From assembly GCA_951406725.2 (NCBI GenBank), contig OX597825.1, forward strand, positions 16,058,001 to 16,122,000: 64,000 nucleotides of DNA, in the 5' to 3' direction. The notes beneath the pieces were generated by a model. It was not told where the DNA came from, did no database searches, and saw nothing but the letters and a program-made list of their open reading frames with translations. This stretch comes from Octopus vulgaris (Eukaryota). Both the position numbers and the translations under genes were made by a program. This document shows positions 14,373 through 26,409 of this stretch, one piece after another (within the stretch, counting starts at the first letter, position 1; each line of letters begins with the position of its first letter).

Positions 14373-15195
14373 CAATAAGATGTACCCAGTGTAAGCTATG
14401 GACACATAAGAGGTGCAGCAGTATCAAAGGAAGGCTAACTGGGAAGATAGTTTTTGTATGTGGCAGATGCTCAGGAGCGATAAACAATGAAAATGTGCAG
14501 AGAAAAACCTCTGCCATATTCCAGGGAGAAAAACTAGAAGTAGTTGATAGCTTCCGTTACCTAGGTGACCAAGTCAGTAGTGGAGGTGGGTGCTCTGAAA
14601 GTGTAGCTGCTAGAGTAAAAATAGCCTGGGCAAAGTTCAGAGAGCTCTTACCTCTACTGGTGACAAAGGGCCTGTATGACGCATGTGTACAAACAGCCAT
14701 GCTACATGGCAGTGAAACATGGGCCGTGACTGCTGAGGACATGTGTAAGCTCGCAAGGAATGAAGCCAGTATGCTCCGATGGATGTGTAATGTCAGTGTG
14801 CATACTCAACAGAGTGTAAGTGCCTTGAGAGAAAAGTTGGACCTAAGAAGCATCAGATGTGGTGTGTAAGAGAGACGATTGCGCTGGTATGGTCATGTGG
14901 TGAGAATGGATGAGGATAGCTGTGTGAAGAAGTGTCACATCCTAGTGGTTGAGGGAACCTGTGGAAGAGGTAGGCCCAGGAAGACCTGGGATGAAGTGGT
15001 GAAGCATGACCTTCGGACATTAGGCCTCACTGAGGCAGTGACTATTGACTGAGATCTTTGGAAATATGCTGTGCTTGAGAAGAACCGCCAAGCCAAGTGA
15101 GACCATAACCCATGGCCTATGCCAGTGGTGTAACCATCCCACTTATGCGTACCTTTCCTTCTTTGGACAATAAATTCTGCTTGCGAAAACCTGTT
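14372..15195 (+). mobile_element. 5'-truncated RTE-clade LINE: RT C-terminal region (pseudogenised) and start of 3' UTR
   Basis: Frame 14372-15100 reads ..LEVVDSFRYLG..AARVKIAWAKFREL..HGSETW..RRLRWYGHVVRM..GRGRPRKTW, with a premature TAA at 14867-14869. Confidence 0.9.
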
Positions 15196-16349
15196 TAACA
15201 ACAAACAAGATGAGGACAAATAACCATAAAATGTAAATAATGTAAATAATGTACATAATTTCTCATCTCTTAAATATAGAACTGTAATATTCATTTCCAA
15301 TACTCTGCAAAAACATGTTAGGCCTTTGAAAATCTGTTTTGATAACCTCTGTCTTACCCAGGCAAGCATGGAAACATGGATATTAAAATGTTGATAATGT
15401 TGATAACGAAGATAGGGATTAATTAATTTTTTTGTCTTAGTTTGTGTATAAAAGACTTTTTATTTTTGGAAAAATTTTTTTGTATCACTTACAGAATTTT
15501 TTTTTATATTTCATTTGTTTTGTATCTTGGCAACAGAAAATTGGAACAGATTATAAAAGAACGCTTTTGACAAGCAGCCAGTGTCAATGATATATAGAAC
15601 TGGTCATTAAGAGGCAGGGACTGTTATTTTGGTAAGCATTGTTTCTTTATTTCTTCTTTTCTCTCTCAATCTTGAAAAATAAGTCAAGGTTAACAGCCGA
15701 CTTATTGAAAAATTTCTCATTTCGTGTATAACATGCAGTCATTGTTAAAAGCAAAGTCTAATATTCGACAAAATTTTGGTAGTTAAATTGGAAACTTTAC
15801 GAAAGATTAGATATCTCTGCTTCAAATAAAAAGAACACAAACAAAACAAAACAAATTAACACAAAGTAGAACTAAAAATGCCAAAATACGAAGAAAGCTG
15901 TTAAAACAAGTTTCTCAGATCACAAGAGACAGTTTTACCTCTGAGGAGATATAAAGATAAATTCTGAGACTACACCAATTATTTGGTGGGTGTAATCAGT
16001 ATAGGAATCTATATTTTTATTGATTTTTTTTTTTATTATTATTCCATGAAATATACTAAACTGGCTTACTTCCTCCATTTACCTACCAACTTAGGTATTT
16101 ATTGAATTGCAGAAACTGTAAGATTTTGTTTGAAAAAAAAAAAAAAAAAAGTAAATAAATAAATAAATAAACTGTCCGTTTGCTTTCTTCTGGAAATTTC
16201 CACACATTGGGTCGATGCTGCAGATTATTGCTAATATAATTTTAAGATTCTTTCCTTTATCGTTGAGGTGGAAGATTTTGGAATTTTCCAAGATACTCAG
16301 ACACGCACTCATGCGCACATAGTGAAAGCCCGGCTACCAAAGTACCACA

Positions 16350-16418
<69 letters not shown>

Positions 16419-16714
16419 TGTGTGTGTATACACACACATATACATATATAACAAAGGTCCCTTCAAAAATATAACAATATATATATATATTATTACCTGT
16501 TTCTGTGTAGATATATATCATCATCATTATTATTTAATGAGTTGTTCATGCTGGCATGGGTTGGACAATTTGACTGGGGCTGGTAAGCTGAGGGGCAGCA
16601 CCAGACTCCAGTCTGATTTGGCATGGTTTTTACTAGTTTCAGTCATTTAAACAAATCAATCCTAGGACTTATTCTTTATAAACCTAGTACTTATTCTATC
16701 GGTCTCTTTTGCGC

Positions 16715-17105
16715 ACGAGTGGCTGTGTGGTAAGTAGCTTGCTTACCAACCTCATAGTTCCTGGTTCAGTCCCACTGCATGGCACCTCATGCAAGTGTCT
16801 TCTACTATAGCCATGGGCCAGACAAAGCCTTGTGAGTGAATTTGGTAGATGGAAACTGGAAGAAGCCCTTCATTATATATGTGTGCGTATATGTTTGTGT
16901 GTCTGTGTTTATCCCTCCTGCATCACTTGACAACCACTGCTGGTGTGTTTACGTCCCCGTATCTTAGCAGTTCAGCAAAAGAGATCGATAGAATAAGTAC
17001 TAGGCTTACAAAGAATAAGTCCTGGGGTCAATTTGCACGACTAAAGGGAATGCTCCAGCATGGCCACAGTCAAATGATTGAAACAAGTAAAAAGAATAAA
17101 AAGAA
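16715..17105 (+). mobile_element. SINE family A
   Basis: Matches the family A sequence. Confidence 0.82.
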
Positions 17106-17423
17106 AAAGAATTTTGCTTCTGAATCACATCGTTCCAAGTTCAGTCCAACCCTATAGCATCTTGATCATGTGTCTTCTATAGCTCCAGGCTGACCAAAGC
17201 CTTGTGAGTGAATTTGGCTGACGAAAACTTTAAGGAAGCCCATCATGTGTGTGTGTGTGTGTCTTACAACTGCTTTACAACTGGTTTTGCTTTGTTTTAG
17301 CCTTCAAATGACACCACGCTGCTGGCTAGGAAACCAGGTCAACATTCCTCCTTGATCAAAAGGGGGTGATTGGAGCAATATGACATGAAGTGTTTTGCTC
17401 AAGAACACAATGTGTCGCCCAGC

Positions 17424-17463
<40 letters not shown>

Positions 17464-17467
17464 TTAC

Positions 17468-17855
17468 TTTTACTCTTTTACTTGTTTCAGTCATTTGACT
17501 GCGGCCATGCTGGAGCACCACCTTTAGTCAAACAAATCGATCCCAGGACTTATTCTTTGTAAGCCTAGTACTTATTCTATCGGCCTTTTTGCCGAACCGC
17601 TAAATTATGGGGGACGTAAACACACTAGCATCGGTTGTCAAGTGATGTTGGGGGACAACACACCCAAACACACACACACACACACACACATACAATGGGC
17701 TTCTTTCAGTTTTCGTCTCCCAAATCCACTCATAAGGCTTTGGTCCGCTCGAGGCTAAAGTAGAAGACACTTGCCCAAGGTGCTATGCAGTGGGACTGAA
17801 CCCAGAACCATGCGGTTGATAAGCAAGCTACTTACCACACAGTCACTCCTGCGCC
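17468..17855 (-). mobile_element. SINE family A
   Basis: Full reverse-complement copy. Confidence 0.85.
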
Positions 17856-18113
17856 TATACCACACATCCACTCCTATATATATAATAATCTTTTCTACTC
17901 TAGGCACACATCCCAAAATTTTGGGGGATGGGGCCAGTTGATTAGATCGACCCCAGTATGCAACTGGTACTTAATTTGTCGACCCCAAGAGGATGAAAGG
18001 CAAAGTCGACCTCAGCGGAATTTGAACTCAGAATGTAAATGAGTGGAAACTGAACTGGTGCGTGTGTTAGATATTAAGGCATTAAGGCAATATAACTCAC
18101 CCCTGACACAACA

Positions 18114-18147
<34 letters not shown>

Positions 18148-18314
18148 AATGTATTGTTCCATGATGGTAAATTTAACAAAAAAAAAATACTGCATCTGGT
18201 GAGAGATAAATATTATTTAATAAACAACAGAGTATATATTTTTATGAGCTGTTAGTAGCTCATAAAAAAATATAGTGTTTATTAAATTTTATGTATATAC
18301 ATATATATATATAC

Positions 18315-18362
<48 letters not shown>

Positions 18363-18448
18363 GTGTGTGTGTGTTATACATATATATATATATATGCATA
18401 TATATATGTATATGCATATATATATATATATATGCATATATGTATATA

Positions 18449-18524
<76 letters not shown>

Positions 18525-18600
18525 TAGAAAGGCCGATAGCTATATATATATATTTAAATGCATACATATGTATATATAAATGAATATATGTGTGTATATA

Positions 18601-18803
18601 CAGGGTGTCCCTAAAAAGTGTATACGCATACTGAATTGCTATAAAACCAGTGTTTATTAAAGCCAATGTTTATTAGATTTCAATTTCAAAATTTAATAGA
18701 ATCTACAGACAGAATTTGATTTTTATCACAAATGGTTATTTTCAAACTAATGACCATTCTGGTCCAGGCATTGCTGATGATGTGCCACAACAGAATTGCA
18801 GAC
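18601..18803 (-). mobile_element. Tc1/mariner transposon 3' end (TIR and transposase C-terminus remnant)
   Basis: TA|CAGGGTGTCCC terminus. The minus strand reads VCNSVVAHHQQCLDQNGH*FEN, like the C..NG.HFE end of Tc1/mariner transposases. Confidence 0.65.
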
Positions 18804-18869
18804 ATCAAGAAACATAATGTTTATATATGTGTGTGTATTCTCACTCAACTGTTGCCCTCAGTTTGTCAA

Positions 18870-19755
18870 GTATTTCTGGTATCGTACCACAGGACGACAC
18901 TGCATATTGCCAAAGATCCCAGCATTGCCATCACGCTTCAGGACCAGTTACTGCAACAGACTGGGTTTCAAGGGCTCACAGCTTTTTTTAATATTCTCCC
19001 AAAGAGTCTGAGGAACTTGCACAAAGTAGATGATAGTACCAAAGATCCCAGCAATGCCATCACGCTTCGGGACCAGCTACTGCAACAGCCTGGGTTTCAA
19101 GGGCCCACAGCTTTTTTTTATATTCTCCCAAAGAGTCTGAGGAACTTGCACAAAGTAGATGATAGTACCAAAGATCCCAGCAATGCCATCACACTTCAGG
19201 ACCAGTTACTGCAACAGACTGGGTTTCAAGGGCTCACAGCTTTTTTTAATATTCTTCCAAAGAGTCTGAGGAACTTGCACAAAGTAGATGATAGTACCAA
19301 AGATCCCAGCAATGCCATCACGCTTCAGGACCAGTTACTGCAACAGCCTGGGTTTCAAGGGCCCACAGCTTTTTAATATTCTCCCAAAGAGTCTGAGGAA
19401 CTTGCACAAAGTAGATGATAGTACCAAAGATCCCAGCAATGCCATCACGCTTCAGGACCAGTTACTGCAACAGCCTGGGTTTCAAGGGCCCACAGCTTTT
19501 TAATATTCTTCCAAAGAGTCTGAGGAACTTGCACAAAGTAGATGTAGGGTATTTTAAATCAAAGCTGGATCTCTTCCTGCCGAGAGTCCCAGATGAACCT
19601 ACCTCACGGCAAGAGGTGCAAATGAGGGTAGCTATATCAAACTCTATTCGTCACCAAGTGCCACATATTAGAGGAGGCTCTTAGTAATAACAGTGTGGCA
19701 CAAAACGGCGGTGCATCAGCATGGCCGCAGCTCTGAGCTGAAACTAGATAAAAAA
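18870..19755 (+). mobile_element. CR1/L2-like LINE 3' end with internal tandem amplification
   Basis: Reads YCNSLGFKGPQLFNILPKSLRNL..VGYFKSKLDLFL..VPDEP, a typical C-terminus of CR1-group ORF2, then a short 3' UTR with a stem-loop and A-rich end. Confidence 0.75.
18904..19544 (+). repeat. Five tandem copies of a 127-129 bp unit
   Basis: CAAAGATCCC recurs at 18911, 19040, 19169, 19298 and 19425. Confidence 0.95.
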
Positions 19756-20175
19756 AAAAGCGTTTTATTTTAAGTATCCCTATGAAGAAGACTCTAGTGG
19801 TGTGAGGTCCGGTGAATGCAGAGGGTATACCACTGAACCTCTTTGTCCAGTCCACCTGTTTGGTAATATTTCATCAAGGTAAGTTGATGGACTGGCTGAA
19901 TCATTAGCACACCAAACTAAATGCTTAGCGGAATTTCATCCATCTTTTTACTCTGAGTTCAAATTCCACCAAGGTTGACTTTGCCTTTCATTCTTTCAGG
20001 CCCACTAAAATAAGTACCAGTTGTAGACTGGGATCGATGTAGTTGATTTACCCCCACTTTGAAATTGCTGGCCTTGTGCCGAAATTTAAAACTAATGTGT
20101 TACGAAGGTAGACCATTCCATTACTATAGTAGTGTGGATGTGATGCATATTCCTGGAAATAAACCTCACATCTTC

Positions 20176-20820
20176 AAAGACCGAGACTTTTGGAAATATG
20201 CTGTGCTTGAGAAGACCCAGCAAGCCAAGTGAGACCATAACCTCGTGACCTATGCTAAGGGTGTAACTAGCCCACTTATGTGTGCCTTTTCCTTCTTTGG
20301 ACACTAAACTCTGCTTGCGAAGACCTGTTGAGGCAATGGAAATCGAAATCAAATTTGATGACTGGTATCCGTGCTAGTGGAACGCTAAGAGCACCATCTG
20401 AGCATGATCACTGCCAGAGCAGCTAACTGGCTTCCGTGCCGGTGGCACATAAAAAGCACCATTTGAACGTGATCATTACCAGCGTTGCCTTACTGGCACT
20501 TTTGCCGATGGCACGTGAAAAAACATTTAAGCGAGGTCGTTGCCAGTGCCGCTGGACTGGCTCCTGTGCAGGTGGCATGTAAAAAACACCATTTGAATGT
20601 GGCCGTTGCCAGTACTGCCTGACTGGCCCTCATGCTGGTGGCACGTAAAAGCACCCACTACACTCTTGGAGTAGTTGGTGTTACGAAGGGCATCCAAGCT
20701 GTAGAAACTCTGCTAGATCAAGATTGAAGCCTGGTGCAACCATCACGTTTGCCAGTCCTCAGTCAAATCGTCCAACCCATGCAAGCATGGAAAGTGGACG
20801 TTAAACGATGATGATGATGA

Positions 20821-20825
<5 letters not shown>
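20176..20825 (+). mobile_element. RTE LINE 3' end: last codons, complete 3' UTR and (GAT)n tail
   Basis: DRDFWKYAVLEKTQQAK* matches 15050-15100 and the copy ends GTTAAAC(GAT)n. Confidence 0.88.
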
Positions 20826-20877
<52 letters not shown>

Positions 20878-21942
20878 TATATATATGCATACATACAGAA
20901 ATGTATATGCTACTTGATTACTTGATCAATTAAATTTCATTAGTTCTAATGGGTTTAAATCTAAAAGGAAATAAATATATAAGTATCAATAGGTATATAA
21001 GCATGCACACACACACACACACAGATATGCACACATGCTCGCTCACACACACACATATGTTACACATATATTTGAATATATAGATATATGTATGTGTATA
21101 TGCACGCACGCACATGCATGGTCTCATACACATGCACATATATTATGCATATATTTGAATATATATATTTGTGTATACACACACACACATGCATAGATGC
21201 TCACACACACACACACTCTCACACATATATTACACACATATATTTGAATATATATGTATATGTATACACACACACACATGCATAGATGCTCACGCACACA
21301 CACACTCTCGCACATATATTTGAATATATATGCATGTGTATACACACATACACACATGCATGCCTGCTCTCACACCGAGACACACACACGCACATATATT
21401 ACACACATATATTTGAATATATATGTATATGTACACACAGACACACACACACACACACACACATAAACCATTCTACGTTTCCTTTTATGTCTCCTGTTTT
21501 TATTATTCTTTAATACCATTACCAATGTCCTCCTTAATATCATTTTTAACTGTTTTAAATCAAACAATTCAACACATTTATAACGAAACAAAAATTTCTC
21601 TCTTTAATCAATGGAAATAAAGAAAAATTCTATAAATATTGAAACTGTTGGAAATAAAACGCTTTACCGAATTTCTACGAAACAACCCGTGAGGACAATA
21701 AACCAAGTTTTAATGGAACAGCCTTTTATTCCCTTCTCTCTTTCATCCTTTCCTTTCTTCTCCATTCCGTTCTTTGTTTTCTGTTCCATTCTTGTCAATT
21801 CTTTTCAATTCTTTTCTCTAATTACCTATTTAATTCTTCACGCTTATTTAATTAATACTCCCACCTACTTTCACAATCTGGACAGCTTTTTCTTTGGGTC
21901 TGCTGGTACAGAATGCTCTGTGTCTGTGTATGTATATGTGTG

Positions 21943-22015
<73 letters not shown>

Positions 22016-22016
22016 G

Positions 22017-22051
<35 letters not shown>

Positions 22052-22399
22052 CAAATAAGAAAATGGAGAGGATATACAATTGACAAAAGTCAGCCAGTAA
22101 ACATTCAATTATATCTATTTATTAATTGATTATAAACAAGTGTTTAAGAACATTGTTTACATTATTTACATTTGAAGGATATTTCTCCTCATCTTGTTTG
22201 TTGTCTTGGGGAAATTTCAAACCTGGGTACTCATTCGATGTTGTTATCGTTGTTGTTGTTGTCATCGTCATTATTGTTGTTCGTTGTCATTGCTGCCATC
22301 ATCATCATCATCATTCTGGTCACTTCCTGGAATCGAACTCAGAATCTTGGGGTTAGTAGCCTGCACTCTTAACCACTACGCCATGGTATGAATAATGAA

Positions 22400-22473
<74 letters not shown>

Positions 22474-22519
22474 TCGAAAAATACCTTGGGAATGAGAACC
22501 CAGGTTCAAAATTTTCCCC

Positions 22520-22567
22520 TGACACCTGATGAAAGCTGGAGGGTATATCAGCCGAAACGTTGTGTTA
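22520..22567 (+). ncRNA. Minimal type I hammerhead ribozyme (family 1)
   Basis: Stem I TGACAC/GTGTTA, CTGATGA 22526-22532, stem II GCTG..CAGC, GAAA 22554-22557, palindromic AACGTT stem III, predicted cleavage after 22561. Confidence 0.8.
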
Positions 22568-22808
22568 ACAACAAACAAGATGAGGACAAATATCCGCCGA
22601 ATGTAAATAATGTAAATAATGTACATAATTCCTCATCTCTTAAATATAGAACTGTGTTGACATGTTTTTTAAGTATTCAATTGCAATATTGCCATGCAAT
22701 AGTAAGCATTCGGTTAAAAATACGTAGGTACACATCTAGTAGTATATTGGATATTTACTATCCCTTAGATGGTTTCTTAACCTCTAACTCATACAGACAT
22801 ATATACAT

Positions 22809-22867
<59 letters not shown>

Positions 22868-23015
22868 TAAATAAAAAATTACCCTTTAACAGGTAATTTT
22901 TACATGCTAGAAATAGCAGCCAACACGGCCAAAACCACAATTTAAATGCTAGGCCACTGGTGGTGATATTTATAATGAATATTCGCCACCCTATACACAT
23001 ATCTTATGTATAATA

Positions 23016-23088
<73 letters not shown>

Positions 23089-23287
23089 ATATATATGCAT
23101 GTATATATATATATATGTATGTATATGTATATAGCGAGAAGTTGAGGTTATAAGAGATAATGGTGTCATTGAGACCCAAGGATGTCAGGTAATGCTGAAT
23201 AAGTGCTATAGACAGACCATAGTTAAGTTCCAGATTCGGTAATATTGCAAATAAAGGGTTCACCGTTGGTTCTATGTCAGCGTGTGT

Positions 23288-23440
23288 ATATAAGAATTTT
23301 TTTGCGTAATAAGATAAAAAAAACCAAGGCTATATAGATATTAGAGCATTTATAGATAGATAGACCTTCTATCTATAAATGCTCTAATACCTACACAGCC
23401 TTGGTTTCTTTTTATCTTATTACGCAAAATGTTTCTTATA
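23288..23440. repeat. Fold-back inverted repeat, ~73-bp arms with 7-nt spacer
   Basis: 23288-23360 is largely complementary to 23368-23440. Confidence 0.85.
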
Positions 23441-24164
23441 TATATATATATATATATGCGCTGACTACTTTTTTGATGCTTGAAGGAGAGGTGTACATGT
23501 AGGTATTTAACCTTTTAACTAAATTATTCATGTATATGCAGAATCTGTTTATCTGCATGTATATATATATAAAAGTGAAATGTGTGTGTGTGTGCATGCA
23601 CATATGTATGTGTGTGTGTGTATTTACATGTGTGGTATGAGCTTGTGATATTTGCGTGTGTATATGTGGGCGTATATGTGTGTGGGGGTGAGTGTGGGTG
23701 TATATATGTGCGTGTAGGAGTGAGTGTGAGTGTATATATGTGTGTGTGTTGGTGTGGGTGTATATATATATGTGTGTGTATTTATGTGTATGAGCTTGTG
23801 ATATTTGTGTGGGGGGGGTGTACATATCTGCGTGTGTTTATATCTGGTATGAGCTTGTGATATTATTGTGTGTGTGTATTTGTGTGTTTATGTATGAAAA
23901 TGTGACACTGACACACACACACATACACACACACACATACACACACACACATACACACAAATTTTCATCACCATACTTTTTATGCCATTTTTCCATTCTG
24001 CCATATATTGGTGAATCCTTACAAAAGTCTTTCCACTCATCATGGTTCTCTATCTCTCCATCTAGCAACATATATATATGCTATAGCCCCAGGCCAACTA
24101 AAGCCTAGTGTGCAGATTTGGTAGATGAAAACTGAAAGAATCCCATCGTATATATATATATATA

Positions 24165-24317
24165 CTTTATTTAAAGCAGCAGAAAATTCAACAAAATCTG
24201 TTACTCTGAGTTTCTCGTTGCCGTTCATCAGACAGTTTTTGCTAGACTGTCTGATGAACGGCAACGAGAAACTCAGAGTAACAGATTTTGTTGAATTTTC
24301 TGCTGCTTTAAATAAAG
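24165..24317. repeat. Perfect 72-bp inverted repeat with 9-nt spacer, HHR on each strand
   Basis: 24165-24236 is the reverse complement of 24246-24317. Confidence 0.95.
24246..24291 (+). ncRNA. Type I hammerhead ribozyme (family 2); a copy with fuller stem I lies on the minus strand at ~24191-24242
   Basis: CTGT-CTGATGA(24251-24257)-ACG GCAA CGA-GAAA(24268-24271)-CTCAGAG-TA-ACAG. Stem III is ACTC/GAGT with a GUA triplet at 24278-24280. Confidence 0.72.
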
Positions 24318-24407
24318 CATATTACTCTACCACTGGTATTTGAGTACTCTTTTTTCCACCTTGTTTCATATTTATGTGTTTACTCCGGTATATATATATA
24401 TATATAT

Positions 24408-25030
24408 TGGCTGTGTGGTAAGTAGCTTGCTTACCAACCACATGGTTCCAGGTTCAGTCCCACTGCATGGCACCTTGGGCAAGTGTCTTCTACTATAGCT
24501 TCGGGCTGACCGAAGCCTTGTGAGTGGATTTGGTAGACGGAAACTGAAAGAAGCCCGTCGTATATATGTATATATATATATAAGTGTGTGTGTGTCTCTG
24601 TTTGTCCCCCCAACATCACTTGACAACCATTGCTGGTGTGTTTACGTCCCCGTAACTTAGCGGTTCGGCAAAAGAGACTGATAGAATAAGTACTGGGTTT
24701 ACAAAAGAATAAGTGCTGGGGTCGAGTTGCTCGATTAAAGGCGGTGCTCCAGCATGGCCGCAGTCAAATGACTGAAACACGTAAAAGAGTATATATATAT
24801 ATGTATGTATGTATATATTTGTGTGTCTGTGTTTGTGTCCCCCCCCCACCATTGCTTGACAACTGATGTTGGTGTGTTTATGTCCCTGTAACTTAGTGGT
24901 TCAGCAAAAGAGACTGATAGAATGAGTGCGAGGCTTACTAGGAATAAGTCCTGGGGTCTATTTCTTCAACTAAAAACCCTCTAAGGTGGTGCTCCAGCAT
25001 GGCCGCAGTGAAATAACTGAAACAAGTAAG
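24408..25030 (+). mobile_element. SINE family A plus a duplicated 3' half
   Basis: Family A at 24408-24790, then a second 3' half at 24810-25030. Confidence 0.82.
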
Positions 25031-25918
25031 CCACACACACACACACACACAAACATAATGGTTTCTGATTTCAGCAGAGGGTCAACTATTTTGAAGGGAG
25101 GAATTAATTTATTTCTTTACTACTCACAAGGGGCTAAACATAGAGGGGACAAACAAGGACAGACAAACGGAGTAAGTCGATTGTATCGACCCCAGTGCGT
25201 AACTGGTACTTATTTAATCGACCCCGAAAGGATGAAAGGCAAAGTCGACCTCGGCGGAATTTGAGCTCAGAACGAAATGGCAGACGAAATACGGCTACGC
25301 ATTTCGCCCGGCATGCTAGGGAGGAATTAATTGATGCCTTTGACCCCCAGTACTTGACTGGTATCTAATTTATTTTATTGACTACAAAGGAATGAGAGGT
25401 AAAGTTCACCTTGATGGGATTTAAACTCTGTGACACCATCTTAGTAAGGAATTAGTCATTTATCCATCCAAAATCATTGATTATTTTCGAAATTAATTGA
25501 AACACATGAACAGTGTATTTCTATAGAAGTATGTCTAATGAAATGGTTAATCCCGGTGCTATGTGAATTCTGACTTCTGCCATTTCTGGAATTAGTAAAA
25601 ATATTGATTTCTAACATTGTAGAAACAAACAAAGCCAAACTGATTCTCTGGGGGATGAGGGCGGGAGCGATGTAAGCCAAACGAATTATTATCTTTAACT
25701 GGGAAGTGAAACTGGGTAAATGAACTGAGCTGTCTATGGGATTATCTCTTGGTATGCATCACTTATCACTCAAGATATTGATCATCATTGATATTGATAT
25801 CAATCTCTCTGTCTGTATGTCCCTGTGTCTCTTTCTCTCACTGTCTACTTGTCTGCCTGACTGTCTGTTTGACTGGCTGGCTGGCTGGCTATCTGTCTAT
25901 CCATGTGTCTGCCTACCT

Positions 25919-25957
<39 letters not shown>

Positions 25958-25989
25958 TTATCTATCTGTCTATCTATTTACAAATATTT

Positions 25990-26265
25990 GGTCTGATCAA
26001 CAAGTATCCGGATTGTTGCCATAGTAACGAAGCTGAAGCATGCAGAGTCAAGCCACTTGGCGTAGAATGACCTTGAACTCTGCTGTGCATGTGTGCTAAG
26101 TTTTAACGTTCTATCTCACTTCTGCTGTTTACAGCAGTGCTTGAAAAGAAGGTGTGTAGTGTGTGATCATCACATAGACCATGACAGAGGAAGTTGAGCA
26201 GAGAATCTGCCAAAAGCTTGGTGATACATGCTCAGAGGTCTACACAAAGTTTTCAAAAAGTTTCT
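25990..26265 (+). mobile_element. Mariner transposon 5' remnant
   Basis: ATG at 26181 reads MTEEVEQRIC-QKLGDTCSEVY, like the mariner N-terminus EQR..IKFC.KLG with a short deletion. Confidence 0.6.
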
Positions 26266-26409
26266 TTATTCTCAACACAATCAAGATCTTGTGCAACTGA
26301 AACCCATTATACTGTATAGTCCACAAAATCAAAAACAAACAATGCACCTGCGCAAAATTAAAATTATAACATGGCAACAATTTATCCATCACACCATGTA
26401 TATATATGT

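Noticed and set aside
18904-19544. Regular repeats resembling a CRISPR array or repeat protein
   Set aside because: Units are contiguous with no unique spacers and derive from a LINE 3' end in eukaryotic DNA.
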